Virus record (IMG/VR): IMGVR_UViG_3300017752_000004 | Location: 1-64,000 of that record | DNA: 64,000 nucleotides | Source: a virus | Reading direction: 5' to 3' (one strand) | Part shown: positions 46,901-55,624 of the stretch, one piece after another | Position numbering within the stretch: the first letter of the stretch is position 1 | How the letters are laid out: each line of letters begins with the position of its first letter | The notes under the pieces: model-generated | What the model was told of the DNA's origin: nothing | The model's database searches: none | What the model saw: the letters and a program-made list of their open reading frames with translations, nothing else | Program-made: the position numbers and the translations under genes

Positions 46901-49175
46901 TTGCTAATTTTAAAATTTTATCTGCTTTAGGTGGGCCGCCCATTAGTTTTGCCTGTTGATTTGCTAAACCCAATGCAAATTTTCTAGTAGATTGATCTAA
47001 CTGCTCGTCATTTTTAACCCTAGAATCAACACCAGGCTCATAGCCAACCAGATCAAAAGCTACTTTCTTGCCTTTTCTGATTCCTTGTATTTGTTGCTTA
47101 GGCCCCAAAACTTGTGGAACTACCATAGCAAAACGAGGATTGTATATAAGTTTTTGAGAAGATTTTTGTTTTTCTCTTTTTTCTAATTCTGATTTAGCTG
47201 CAAGAGCTTCTGGACCCCGACCCTTTGCTATACCCCTCAACCTTTCCAAGCTTCTTGGTGCAGCAAAATTCGGAATAAACCCACCAGCAGCATTCAACTT
47301 CTTAGCTCCAGCAGGAAGACCCATAGTCTTAACCATATCCTGATTAAATATAGCATCTCCACCTCCAGCGTAATTTGGCACAACGTATTCGCTGGTATTA
47401 GCAACCATCGTCCCGCGCTTGCCGCCACCAAAAGCAAAATTAGGAATTGAAACAACCTTAGCGCTGGACGGTGCGCCACCCACCCCGCGAGAAACATCAT
47501 TGGCTTCTGCAGCTATGTATCCACCAGCAGCTCTTTTCCCCTTCGGAGCAACGCCCTCAGATCCTCCCCTTAGCCCAGCGCCAAACAATCCAGGAGTCAC
47601 TACTGCTGCAGCTTTTTGAACTCTAGCTAAAGCGGCAGCTTGTTGATTATAAATTTTTAAAAGTAATTGTTCTTGGGCAACCTTATTACCCTCAAGAGCT
47701 AAAATCTCTCTTTGGATACTTTCGTTTTGAAAAAGAGTCTGCAAAACAGATTGTTGCAAAGCATTCTGTTGCTGCACTGACTTATTAATACCAAGCAAAC
47801 TAGCCAGAGAAGATGCGCCAAATTTAGCTAAGTCTACAAATAGTTTTATAAATATACCGCCAATAAGAGCCAGACCAGGTACTGTTAAAACCCCACCGAT
47901 TCCCCTAACTATGCCTTGGGCAAACTTAGCACCAAGAGATTCTCCTTGTAAAAGGTCAGTGATTCCGTTGACAACAGAACTAAAAAATTCCAGTATATCC
48001 CCTACTTTGTCTGTAAAACCAAGTTCACCCAAAACGGACGCTAACTTTTGCCCACCTACAACCAAGTTATTTATTAAGGCTTCCAGGGTTTGATTGAGTG
48101 AGCTGTTTTTCGAATCCAATGCTCCAGCAGCGGTCGCTGAAGTTTGTAAAGCTTTTGTAAATTGGCTTTGGTTTGAATTTAAATCCTCAACCAAACTAAT
48201 TAAAATATCTCTCTGGCGAACACCAGCGACCTTTTGAATAATATCCCCAGCCTCAACGCTTTTTAATCCAAGCTTGTTTAGTTCTACAGCTAACTCTTGG
48301 AACAGTGGGATAGCTGATTTAACATTGCCCTGAGCATCCAAAACATTAATACCTAGGTCTTCTAGTGCAACCAGAGTATCTGTCCTACCTAGTCTAGCAA
48401 AAATTGTTTTAAACGCATTACCAATAACAGCGCCACCACGTTGAGTTCTTTCCTGTACCGTCGTAACAACAGCCAAAAGCTCGTCAAAGGAAACACCAGC
48501 TACACGAGCAGATGCCGACGCTCGCTCAAGACCATTAATTAAATCTTCAGTAGATACAGCAAATTTTGTATCAACTTCCGATAGCTTGTCGCCAATAGCG
48601 GCAACGGTTAAGCCAGCACCTTCGAAACCCTTGATAGCTGCAGTTAAACCAGCGACCGCTTGCTCTGAGCTAACCCCAGCGACACGAACAAGCTTCAAGG
48701 CTGTCTCTACTCTAGAAAGAGATTCTTCGACACTCAAGCCTTGACGAGCTAATTCAAGAGCGCCCTCAGCCACATCATCGAATGACGTGGCCGTTTTCTG
48801 GGCTACAGCAAAAATGCCATTACCAAATTGCTGTAATTGTTTTTCAGTGCCGCCAAGAATGGTGTTGATTTTAGCAAAGGTAGCTTCTACTTTAATTGTG
48901 TTTGCAACAAGAGCGCCAAATGCTTGAGAAAGCTTGTTTATGACAGCCACAGAAGCGCCGAAAGCCAAAACACGAGCATTGGAAGCTTCCAAAGATTTTT
49001 GGAATTCTGTAGCCTGCCCTGTTATCTTTCCCAATGGCCGCGATAGTTTTTCGAGCGATCTGGCTCCACCGCCAAAATCAACACCTTTAGCCTTGGATTG
49101 TATTCTAGCCAATGCCGCATCGACCTTGGAAGTCACTACTGGATCAAACTCTACTGGTATTCTTGCCTTTGCCAT
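43914..49175 (-). CDS. Tail tape measure protein (TP901-type core)
   Basis: ELARQGL...L..VD..FAVS..DL..GL.R.AS.A..AGVSFDEL......ERTQRGG.VIGNAFKTIFARL; C-terminal GPTDTIPAMLTPGEFVM; 1753 aa. Confidence 0.92.
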   Translation of the reverse strand: MAKARIPVEFDPVVTSKVDAALARIQSKAKGVDFGGGARSLEKLSRPLGKITGQATEFQKSLEASNARVLAFGASVAVINKLSQAFGALVANTIKVEATFAKINTILGGTEKQLQQFGNGIFAVAQKTATSFDDVAEGALELARQGLSVEESLSRVETALKLVRVAGVSSEQAVAGLTAAIKGFEGAGLTVAAIGDKLSEVDTKFAVSTEDLINGLERASASARVAGVSFDELLAVVTTVQERTQRGGAVIGNAFKTIFARLGRTDTLVALEDLGINVLDAQGNVKSAIPLFQELAVELNKLGLKSVEAGDIIQKVAGVRQRDILISLVEDLNSNQSQFTKALQTSATAAGALDSKNSSLNQTLEALINNLVVGGQKLASVLGELGFTDKVGDILEFFSSVVNGITDLLQGESLGAKFAQGIVRGIGGVLTVPGLALIGGIFIKLFVDLAKFGASSLASLLGINKSVQQQNALQQSVLQTLFQNESIQREILALEGNKVAQEQLLLKIYNQQAAALARVQKAAAVVTPGLFGAGLRGGSEGVAPKGKRAAGGYIAAEANDVSRGVGGAPSSAKVVSIPNFAFGGGKRGTMVANTSEYVVPNYAGGGDAIFNQDMVKTMGLPAGAKKLNAAGGFIPNFAAPRSLERLRGIAKGRGPEALAAKSELEKREKQKSSQKLIYNPRFAMVVPQVLGPKQQIQGIRKGKKVAFDLVGYEPGVDSRVKNDEQLDQSTRKFALGLANQQAKLMGGPPKADKILKLANSGAISALSGTIFETAVSSLLSSKDFDSRSEIAAFDFSGSNANSQLKKLFPQLGKATQIEAKIRLSPDSKKSMFDKVLKDTGNAAGGYIPNFAGGALDEAVAREQAAGLPINQIRINQSGKLRNSQNPMGLAVTNTRDEPTGAIPNFASGGRSTPATPGGSSDGGLGGGILAASTGLYFLSSAFSTAEGGIGKFISEIAFAASALTSLTLLKGPVEKIGAKLSSFGVELATYRSPKTGNPMKYSEGKLVGAKGKLGRGIAGVGGALPGIGTAVAIGTVLAPLVLELTKTKTGFEKLNEELKNIDLGELSSGSKEASSALRSAFVADLKAAQKQAELKEKLGIEEDKKKSIEDLLEEQLGGLTGINKGFFGGIKDKSTLSASLAKVGDKNALQDIVNASQKDVKIRTGTGIQIKTETVKQFDADLFAENMIKAIDLIDAAAEKAADTALKVAAGFGEGAFTGGKAKKDFKDRLGQGRFAAGGFDTTKQLESTKTGQIETIFQSGALSEIRNKELDLAEAATTIRKVGLENEIALKKFLVEKAKEEFRITEDYVKSIRDATIFSEEQKEFIEGQVEAGSSLLLIEKGLVEAGIELTKDAKIDFDLAVEKALIQEKILDNKLEEVKLQQKINDLSKPQGFGGGIRKGLGNLENDIAFFRDELGENIPAQFSSNLGSALQEAVSQAKTLDEALSDAGRNFLGFIKDAFLQQAADQATSALFGSSEGKGGLFGGGSAESDGGILGGVKSLFGGKSGAASPDGTAGNPIYTVSSASATNPVDALAGEGKGEGIFSKLKDTLMESFRGLKTTFGDLFGKLKDGLGTIFKGLTTNLGSFFSGDSGGGGGIGGIAKMALSAFGFGFANGGPVGFANGGSVGPTDTIPAMLTPGEFVMKKSAVEKYGSGFLSSINEGVMPMRGFQNGGVVSPVSVEAGTASNSASQVTNTSDFTFNIQGGKAEQAGEKGDDDQQRDFAQKVKAAVTTVVQEESRTGGTLNYLYKK

Positions 49176-49189
49176 ACAAAGTATTACAC

Positions 49190-50161
49190 TTAAACTCCGT
49201 GCAATTCCATCATTTCTTTCATGTTCATTGAGCCTCCTCTTTTCTTAATTTCCTCCGATAAGTCCACGGCGTCTTCATTTTCAGACCTCAGCATTTCTAT
49301 ATCTTTTTCGTCTGCACCGAAATAGGTAGATGCCCCTTCACCGCTTTTAGTCTTACTGTTTGAGTCTTCTTTCTGATTTTGATAAAACCCAATCAAAAGC
49401 TCTGGGTCTCTCGCAACGTTTTCAGGTATCTTCTTGTTGCAATTTTTAAATATATTTAGAAAGTACCTTCCGTACGATATTAGTTTTAATTGATAGTTAG
49501 TAAGCTCCTTAAGAGGCTTACCAAAAACACCAATCACGTCTTCGCAAAAAGGTAAATACATAGAAAAGTAATCGCTTAGCACGGCCCTAGAAATACTATC
49601 GTCACTAAATTTTTCAAAAAACTCTTTTTGGAGTCTATATATCTCAACCTCTTTAAAGGGTTCGTTTATATATAAATCTTCGAAAACCTTTTCTGTATAC
49701 CCCTGATCATAATATAGTATATCATTTATAATAGATTTTTGGATATGAGAGTCTACATACTTTTCAATAGTCAAACCAAGTATCTGTTTTTTTTCTGATT
49801 GTAAATGGGCAAGTTTTTCCCTCTTAATCTCTAATTTTTCTTGAGCCTGCTTCTTTTTTGAAGGTAGTATTATTTGAGATATTATTTTAAACAAGCTGTC
49901 TATCTCTTCTTCATAAGTTTTTATTTCTTCTTCCTCTTCTTTGCTCCACATGTCTTGCTCGAAAAGATTCAGTAGAACTTCTTCTTCTGACTGTAAGCCT
50001 TTCTTTTTAGCTTCCTGCTCGTACACTTTCTTTTTAGATAGTATGGCCCTCTGCTCGTTTTGAGATAGATGCTTAAAGTATAAAACACCAAAGGTACTAC
50101 TAGTGACAGTAGTACCTTGTAATATTTCAGAAATAATTTCTAAATTTTTATCGTTATCCAT
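49190..50161 (-). CDS. Hypothetical coiled-coil protein (tail assembly chaperone by position)
   Basis: Immediately upstream of the tape measure. Confidence 0.5.
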   Translation of the reverse strand: MDNDKNLEIISEILQGTTVTSSTFGVLYFKHLSQNEQRAILSKKKVYEQEAKKKGLQSEEEVLLNLFEQDMWSKEEEEEIKTYEEEIDSLFKIISQIILPSKKKQAQEKLEIKREKLAHLQSEKKQILGLTIEKYVDSHIQKSIINDILYYDQGYTEKVFEDLYINEPFKEVEIYRLQKEFFEKFSDDSISRAVLSDYFSMYLPFCEDVIGVFGKPLKELTNYQLKLISYGRYFLNIFKNCNKKIPENVARDPELLIGFYQNQKEDSNSKTKSGEGASTYFGADEKDIEMLRSENEDAVDLSEEIKKRGGSMNMKEMMELHGV

Positions 50162-50888
50162 CGTCTTCGATGAATTTCTCTATATCTTCCTTGGTGGACT
50201 CTTGAGCGTAAAACCAATAACCAATGATCTTGGAAACTTTAGAGACGACGTCGAAGTCAAAACCTTCATTTAATTCGTACTTATCGTAAAAATCTTCAAG
50301 CTGCTCCTCAAAATCCATACCTTCAAAAAAGCTTACGAGCCCCCTGTCTTTGTCTTCCTGCTTTGTCAGGTTGATGACATACCACATCAACGTAGACCTT
50401 TCTGCCTTAGCGTCTGCGGTATGCTGATAAACGGATTGCAAGGAAGACTCTAGAGCCTGCAAATCTCTCTTTAGCAAAATAATCTCTGCTTCGAGTTCTT
50501 TAGACCTACTTTTGTTTGCTTTGTCCTTTGTGCTGGTGGCGATTAATTTGTACTCGTTTTCTAGCTCATTCAGCTTCTTAAGGGATCTTAAAAGCTCTCT
50601 CGATTCATCTTCGGTCAAAGCTCCGCCGTTGTCTGCATACTTCTTAATAAGCATCGCTTTTGTCACGATGCCCATTTTAATAGCCTTACTAAGTTGTATA
50701 GAGTAGTGGACTTCGGCGTCGTCAGCCATTCTCCTTGTTGGTTTTTGGACCACAATTTTTACTGGAGATTTTACTGTCTTATTAGACAGGACTGTCTCTA
50801 GTTCGCCAGCTTTATTTTTTCTTTGAGTTTCGACCTGTTTTACTTCAGGTTTCTCAATCGTGAATTCGTAAATAGTTTCCTTAGCCAT
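50154..50888 (-). CDS. Hypothetical coiled-coil protein (tail assembly chaperone by position)
   Basis: 8-nt overlap with the downstream gene. Confidence 0.5.
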   Translation of the reverse strand: MAKETIYEFTIEKPEVKQVETQRKNKAGELETVLSNKTVKSPVKIVVQKPTRRMADDAEVHYSIQLSKAIKMGIVTKAMLIKKYADNGGALTEDESRELLRSLKKLNELENEYKLIATSTKDKANKSRSKELEAEIILLKRDLQALESSLQSVYQHTADAKAERSTLMWYVINLTKQEDKDRGLVSFFEGMDFEEQLEDFYDKYELNEGFDFDVVSKVSKIIGYWFYAQESTKEDIEKFIEDDG

Positions 50889-50891
50889 ATT

Positions 50892-51182
50892 TTATTGTTT
50901 AAATCTAAATTCTACCGTTAGATTATCTAACTCACTATTATAATCCCGCAAAACGGAATTTCCAATATCTAGAATTTTTTTTCTATACAATTCATAATGC
51001 TCTTGGTCGAAATAATCTGCCATTTCGATTATTGGGTGATTTTCTGCAGGCAGGTTATCGTAAAGTTTGGCGAAATTAATTTCGTGAATTGACTGCATTT
51101 CCTCTAAGGTCTGTAAAAAATATTTAAACAGAAACCTGATATGATGATCTGACCGATCATTTAAAAACTCTTTTGCAATCAT
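50892..51182 (-). CDS. Hypothetical protein
   Basis: 96 aa; first gene of the leftward tail operon. Confidence 0.6.
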   Translation of the reverse strand: MIAKEFLNDRSDHHIRFLFKYFLQTLEEMQSIHEINFAKLYDNLPAENHPIIEMADYFDQEHYELYRKKILDIGNSVLRDYNSELDNLTVEFRFKQ

Positions 51183-51205
51183 AATAATCCTTACCTATGA
51201 TATGC

Positions 51206-51227
51206 TTTACACTAAAAATAGTGTAAA
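51206..51227. promoter_or_regulatory. Back-to-back GTGTAA promoters forming a perfect inverted repeat
   Basis: TTTACACTA-AAAA-TAGTGTAAA at a divergence point; plus copy 8 nt before ATG 51235. Confidence 0.7.
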
Positions 51228-51234
51228 AAGAGAT

Positions 51235-51693
51235 ATGGCCATCTCTCTAATATCAGACTCACAAAAAAACACAATCAAAGCTATAATAGATGATATCCAC
51301 GAAACCTTTGCCAGAAATATCACAGTATACGAAGAGGGCGAAAAAATCTTAATCGCCGCTAGTCCCGAATTTAATGGAATTTACAGCAGAACTTCGAGCG
51401 GCCAGAAAACCACGAGCAAGGTGATCGTATCCCACACGCTTAATGTAAGAATTAAATATATCAACGCGAAAGAGCAAGGGGTCTCAGATTCAAAAATAAG
51501 AAGCCAGTTAGGCGTAGACCTAATAGCTGGGTCAGTAAGAATCACTGTAGATTTAGCTGGATTTGAAATAATGAAAAAAGCAAAAAGCTGCGAGTTTGAA
51601 GGAAGAAAATATACAATAAATAGCAAAGGCAACCCAACTGGAATGTTTGGCCCTCAATACTATCAGTTTTACCTATCCCCGATTGAAGATTAA
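51235..51693 (+). CDS. Head-closure/adaptor-like neck protein
   Basis: DIHETFAR.I.V, EFEGRKYTI...P.G.F; position before neck and tail genes; start MAISL. Confidence 0.55.
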   Translation: MAISLISDSQKNTIKAIIDDIHETFARNITVYEEGEKILIAASPEFNGIYSRTSSGQKTTSKVIVSHTLNVRIKYINAKEQGVSDSKIRSQLGVDLIAGSVRITVDLAGFEIMKKAKSCEFEGRKYTINSKGNPTGMFGPQYYQFYLSPIED

Positions 51694-52277
51694 TGGCTTT
51701 AGATCCTAATATAATAAATAGCCTAACAAAACAAATCCCGAGCCTGGCTAGGCCACAAGCTGATAAGCGGTTTAGGGCGGCATTCCAAAGAGTTAAAAAC
51801 GAAATGATTGCGGAATTTCTCAATCATCCAGTCACCATAGAAATAAAAGGGGGGATTGAGGCTAAAAATTTAAGCGGTACATTGGACAATATCACAAATC
51901 TTTTTTCGTTTATAGGGTTCGACAGTGCGTCTGACCCGACAGGCGACATAGAAAGTATGCTGTACAAAACAGAGTTCAAGTTTGATAGGTACACGAACAA
52001 ATCAATAGAATACTCTGTGTATATGCCAGACGCGAAGGAGATTTTTGCGGCAACCCCCATGCCTTGGGCCTCTGGAAGAAGCTGGGCGAAAGGGATTGAA
52101 ACAGGAATCTCTGGTTTGGGCTACTACCTAAAAGTAGATAGAGAAAACAGTAGATCTGGATTAGGCATTCAATCGTCACGCAAAACAAGAAAAAAAGGTG
52201 TAAAGTTTAATAACATATCCTACATATCTGCATTAATAAAAAAATATAAAATTAAATTTCAAAATCTAGAAATATGA
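51693..52277 (+). CDS. Neck/tail completion protein (HK97 gp10-like by position)
   Basis: Basic 194-aa protein, TAATG-coupled. Confidence 0.45.
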   Translation: MALDPNIINSLTKQIPSLARPQADKRFRAAFQRVKNEMIAEFLNHPVTIEIKGGIEAKNLSGTLDNITNLFSFIGFDSASDPTGDIESMLYKTEFKFDRYTNKSIEYSVYMPDAKEIFAATPMPWASGRSWAKGIETGISGLGYYLKVDRENSRSGLGIQSSRKTRKKGVKFNNISYISALIKKYKIKFQNLEI

Positions 52278-53122
52278 AAGCCCAATACCAACACGAATTA
52301 ATGACCAGTTTTTTGCTTTGGTTCGACAATCAATTGCTGCAAAAGGGCGAAGCATACTCTAACCAAACTGGTGTACTTTGTTATTCTGAAGATTCAAGAC
52401 TGCCAACCTCTTTTAAATCTTATTCAAGCTCGTACAAACAATGGGTAACGGATTCTTCAGTCACTGGCGACATCAACCCAATCATCCCAACTTCGTTTAA
52501 CGGTTTCGATAGATCAGACGACCTTGTTTTTGATTTTGAAAATGGAAGAGTTGTCGAAACTGGGGGCAACTTTCAACCAGATCAAGTTTTAACTGGGACA
52601 TTTGCTGTTAAAGATTTTAATGTATACTTCACTAACGAAACAGAAGAAGACCTTGTTCTTGAAAATGCATTCGAATTAAACAGTAGGTATGGAGAATCTC
52701 TAAGCGGCATTGCCCCTTACGATCAGGTAGTGCCAGCCGTCTTTTTGAATTGCGAGTACATGAGAAACCAGGGCTTTGCTTTTGGAGGAGAAGACAAGAC
52801 AACAAATACCGTCAAAGGCGTAGTCTTCGCAGAGAATTCTTATCAGCTAGATGGAGTTTTATCAATTTTCGCCGATTCGGCGCGTAAGGTCATAGCCAAA
52901 ATACCATTCTCAGAATACCCATCCACAGAGTATGGAGACCTAAAAGGAGGATCATACAGCTACACAGATCTTTCTAACACCTATTTAGATACCAATCCTT
53001 ATTACATTGAGGACGTTACGGTGTCTAAATTTTCAGAAAAAACAACCTCAAAAACACCCAAGGGCTTGAAAATAGGCTTCATAGACTTCGAAGTCTGTAC
53101 AAGTAGATTTCCCCGCTCTTAA
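52274..53122 (+). CDS. Tail terminator-like structural protein
   Basis: PAVF motif; directly before the major tail gene. Confidence 0.45.
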   Translation: MKAQYQHELMTSFLLWFDNQLLQKGEAYSNQTGVLCYSEDSRLPTSFKSYSSSYKQWVTDSSVTGDINPIIPTSFNGFDRSDDLVFDFENGRVVETGGNFQPDQVLTGTFAVKDFNVYFTNETEEDLVLENAFELNSRYGESLSGIAPYDQVVPAVFLNCEYMRNQGFAFGGEDKTTNTVKGVVFAENSYQLDGVLSIFADSARKVIAKIPFSEYPSTEYGDLKGGSYSYTDLSNTYLDTNPYYIEDVTVSKFSEKTTSKTPKGLKIGFIDFEVCTSRFPRS

Positions 53123-53165
53123 TTTCACATTCAAACCTTTTAACTGTAAACAATATTAAAATATC

Positions 53166-54296
53166 ATGGCTAAAAATAGAGTTATTTATCAATCCGACGC
53201 GCTGTTCGCCAGCCAAACAGTAAATTCTACTGGAAGCAACGAACACGCCCAACTTCGCAGAGTACAATCTGCTAATTATTCATTCAATATCACACGACAA
53301 GATATTAACCAATTTGGTCAGCTTTCAAGAATTGAGTCTATCATTCTTGAGTCACCCACAGTGTCGTTCGATACATCTTATTATCTTGGAGACGGCTACA
53401 ACGAACAAGGTCTCGCATTCAAAAATGGTTCTAACTTTGATGCTGGTTTTGTTTCTGGCCAAATCTCTTCAACAAGCGGTCAGAATCTTTATATTTTGAC
53501 AGCCCCAGAAGGCGTAGATGCTAATTTCAACACGACGTCCAGCAACTACAGCACAATCGGCATAGGTAATGCGTTTCTAACAGACTACTCCCTTGAAGCG
53601 TCTGTAGGTGGCATCCCAACCGTTAGTGTTTCTCTTGAAGGCACAAACATGAACGCCACTGCCGATATCTCTGGTTCTTCAGCTGGTTTCTCTGGAATCT
53701 CTGGTGCTGGTATTGACCCAGAAGCAGGAACAGTTCTCCCGTCTCAAAGTTCTGGTGTAAGATTCCCAGCAGCTTCTGAAGGTACTGGAGCAGCTATCCC
53801 TTCTGCTCTTCGCCCAGGAGATATTAGCCTATCTTTTGCAAATGCAGATAACAGCACTATTGTTAATCTAGATGGCGCAGGTAGCGCTCACGTACAAAGT
53901 ATTTCAATGAGCATCCCTCTTGGAAGAACGCCGATTGACAGACTTGGAACTCGTTTCTCGTTTGCTCGTGTCGTTGATTTTCCAATCACACCGACCATCT
54001 CCGTTTCTGCTATTGTTTCTGAGACTCAAACTAGAGCTTTGACTGACATCATTAATAATGATGCATTTATCTCTGACCTTCAGTTCACATTCAAAGATTC
54101 AAATAGTGTCCCTAGAGCATCTTATAAAATGACAAATCTTAAGCTTGATAGCGAATCATTTAGTTCGAGCATCGGTCCAAATAAGACTGTTGATCTTTCG
54201 TTCTCGCTTTCAGTTGGTGGACCAGCCGATACCGTTAATAACATCTTCTTCTCTGGATCAAACACTAGCACAGTTCTTGGTAACCCTGCTTCTTAA
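53166..54296 (+). CDS. Major tail tube protein (internally duplicated)
   Basis: High-expression codon use, own promoter and terminator, two tube-like repeats. Confidence 0.75.
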   Translation: MAKNRVIYQSDALFASQTVNSTGSNEHAQLRRVQSANYSFNITRQDINQFGQLSRIESIILESPTVSFDTSYYLGDGYNEQGLAFKNGSNFDAGFVSGQISSTSGQNLYILTAPEGVDANFNTTSSNYSTIGIGNAFLTDYSLEASVGGIPTVSVSLEGTNMNATADISGSSAGFSGISGAGIDPEAGTVLPSQSSGVRFPAASEGTGAAIPSALRPGDISLSFANADNSTIVNLDGAGSAHVQSISMSIPLGRTPIDRLGTRFSFARVVDFPITPTISVSAIVSETQTRALTDIINNDAFISDLQFTFKDSNSVPRASYKMTNLKLDSESFSSSIGPNKTVDLSFSLSVGGPADTVNNIFFSGSNTSTVLGNPAS

Positions 54297-54358
54297 GAAT
54301 AGTTGGTATAATTTCGGGGTGGAGCTAACGCTAAGAAGCCCCTATATTTAAAACTAAT

Positions 54359-54384
54359 CCCGTCGAATTCGACGGGGTTTTTTT
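54359..54384 (+). terminator. Intrinsic terminator after the major tail gene
   Basis: CCCGTCG-AATT-CGACGGG followed by G and T7. Confidence 0.85.
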
Positions 54385-54392
54385 ATGCCCAC

Positions 54393-54423
54393 AAAAAAGC
54401 GCAACCCCTTTCGAGGTCACGCT
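54393..54423 (-). terminator. Intrinsic terminator of the leftward head operon
   Basis: Minus strand AGCGUGACCUC-GAAA-GGGGUUGCGCU-UUUUU. Confidence 0.8.
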
Positions 54424-54448
54424 ATCAGAGTTAGGCTCTGAGGTAAAT

Positions 54449-54892
54449 CTACAAAGATTCAATACCGCCAACCTGCCTTGGGCCAGCCTGGAAACTATTG
54501 TAATTAGCAGCTAAGTCCTGCAGCTCGTTGTAGGCATCTTGAGCAAGAGTTTTGTATACTTTGGACACTTCGTTCTTATTGATAAAGGTAATAGAGTTGT
54601 CGCCATCCTTAACGCTTAGAATATTGCCGTTTGTATCGTTAGCGATACCACGAATAGTGCTGCGTGTCTGCTTTGTATAATAATGATACAAATACATCTG
54701 CTTGTATACGGATTGTTCTTCTAGGTAAAGGCCAGAAACATCCCCACTTACTCCAGAAAAACTAGTGTATAACACATTATTGAGTTGGCCTATATTGCTA
54801 TCTAGCCACCCAGAAATAGATTCAACTGTTACTCCAGTCGAATCAAATTCGTTTATATATATAGAAGTTGCTAAATTGCCGATATTACTCAT
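54449..54892 (-). CDS. Head-tail connector-like structural protein
   Basis: 147 aa, helical; downstream of capsid; GTGTAA 9 nt upstream. Confidence 0.55.
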   Translation of the reverse strand: MSNIGNLATSIYINEFDSTGVTVESISGWLDSNIGQLNNVLYTSFSGVSGDVSGLYLEEQSVYKQMYLYHYYTKQTRSTIRGIANDTNGNILSVKDGDNSITFINKNEVSKVYKTLAQDAYNELQDLAANYNSFQAGPRQVGGIESL

Positions 54893-54913
54893 TATAGTAT
54901 ATTACACTAAAAA

Positions 54914-55531
54914 CTACCCACGTTTTAAATACTCCTGCCTTAGCGCTGAGATTAATCTGATTCTGTCGAAACTAGGAGTAAAGCCCAACTTCATTGCCAT
55001 TTCCTGAAGCTCCGAAAGGGTTTTTCTTTTTAGCTTGCCTTCAAACTTTTCCACAGAATCCGATGCAAGTACATTGATCCTAGCTTCAGTTTGGCTGCCC
55101 ATAGAACTCCAATTACCACCTCTCCACTGATTGAAAGCTGTGATTAAGGCTTTGTCCTGCGCTTCTGCATCTGCAAAAACTCTCGTACCTGTCCTTTCTG
55201 CTAGTCTGGCTTTTTTAACATGACCCATAGACTCTAGCTTTCTTTTAAAAACCCTAGGATTGCCCGTACCAAATGGGGAAATAACGTCTGCTCCCATAAG
55301 CTTTTCTTTAGCTTCTATTGCATCAACATCATCCCTTTCCTTGCCGTCAGCATATTCCAAATCAGAAATGTTTGGTTTTTTAACTTCTGACGCACGGGTT
55401 TCCTGGCTCACCTCTTCTTCTATTAGCTCTAATTCATTGCCCTCTCCGCAGCTAACTTCATTATTCACAATAGCGGTTGCAACGTAATCTGTAATTTGCT
55501 TTTCCTCAGTATCTTTATTTAATTCGTCCAT
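54914..55531 (-). CDS. Hypothetical protein with C-terminal Rho-N/HeH-like motif
   Basis: LKRKTLSELQEMAMKLGF....R..LI..L. Confidence 0.55.
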   Translation of the reverse strand: MDELNKDTEEKQITDYVATAIVNNEVSCGEGNELELIEEEVSQETRASEVKKPNISDLEYADGKERDDVDAIEAKEKLMGADVISPFGTGNPRVFKRKLESMGHVKKARLAERTGTRVFADAEAQDKALITAFNQWRGGNWSSMGSQTEARINVLASDSVEKFEGKLKRKTLSELQEMAMKLGFTPSFDRIRLISALRQEYLKRG

Positions 55532-55569
55532 ATGTGTTATATATTAAAATAAACAATACAAAATTAAAC

Positions 55570-55602
55570 AAAAAAAGCCGCCCCAAATAAATGGGACGGC
55601 TT
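55570..55602 (-). terminator. Intrinsic terminator after the major capsid gene
   Basis: Minus strand AAGCCGUCCCA-UUUAUU-UGGGGCGGCUUUUUU. Confidence 0.8.
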
Positions 55603-55624
55603 CCTTTTAAGGGTTTAATCTGAA

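Noticed and set aside
44191-49248. Antisense ORFs (e.g. 44191-44877 +, also 55955-56593 +, 40474-42309 +)
   Set aside because: Shadows of codon-biased or repetitive genes on the opposite strand, with no motifs.
49190-50888. Programmed -1 frameshift between tail chaperone genes (lambda G/GT type)
   Set aside because: No clear XXXYYYZ slippery site at the junction; the second gene has its own ATG in an 8-nt overlap.
54145-54351. +1-frame ORF as a frameshift extension of the major tail protein
   Set aside because: It would add only about 18 residues with no recognisable domain, and no slippery site is seen.
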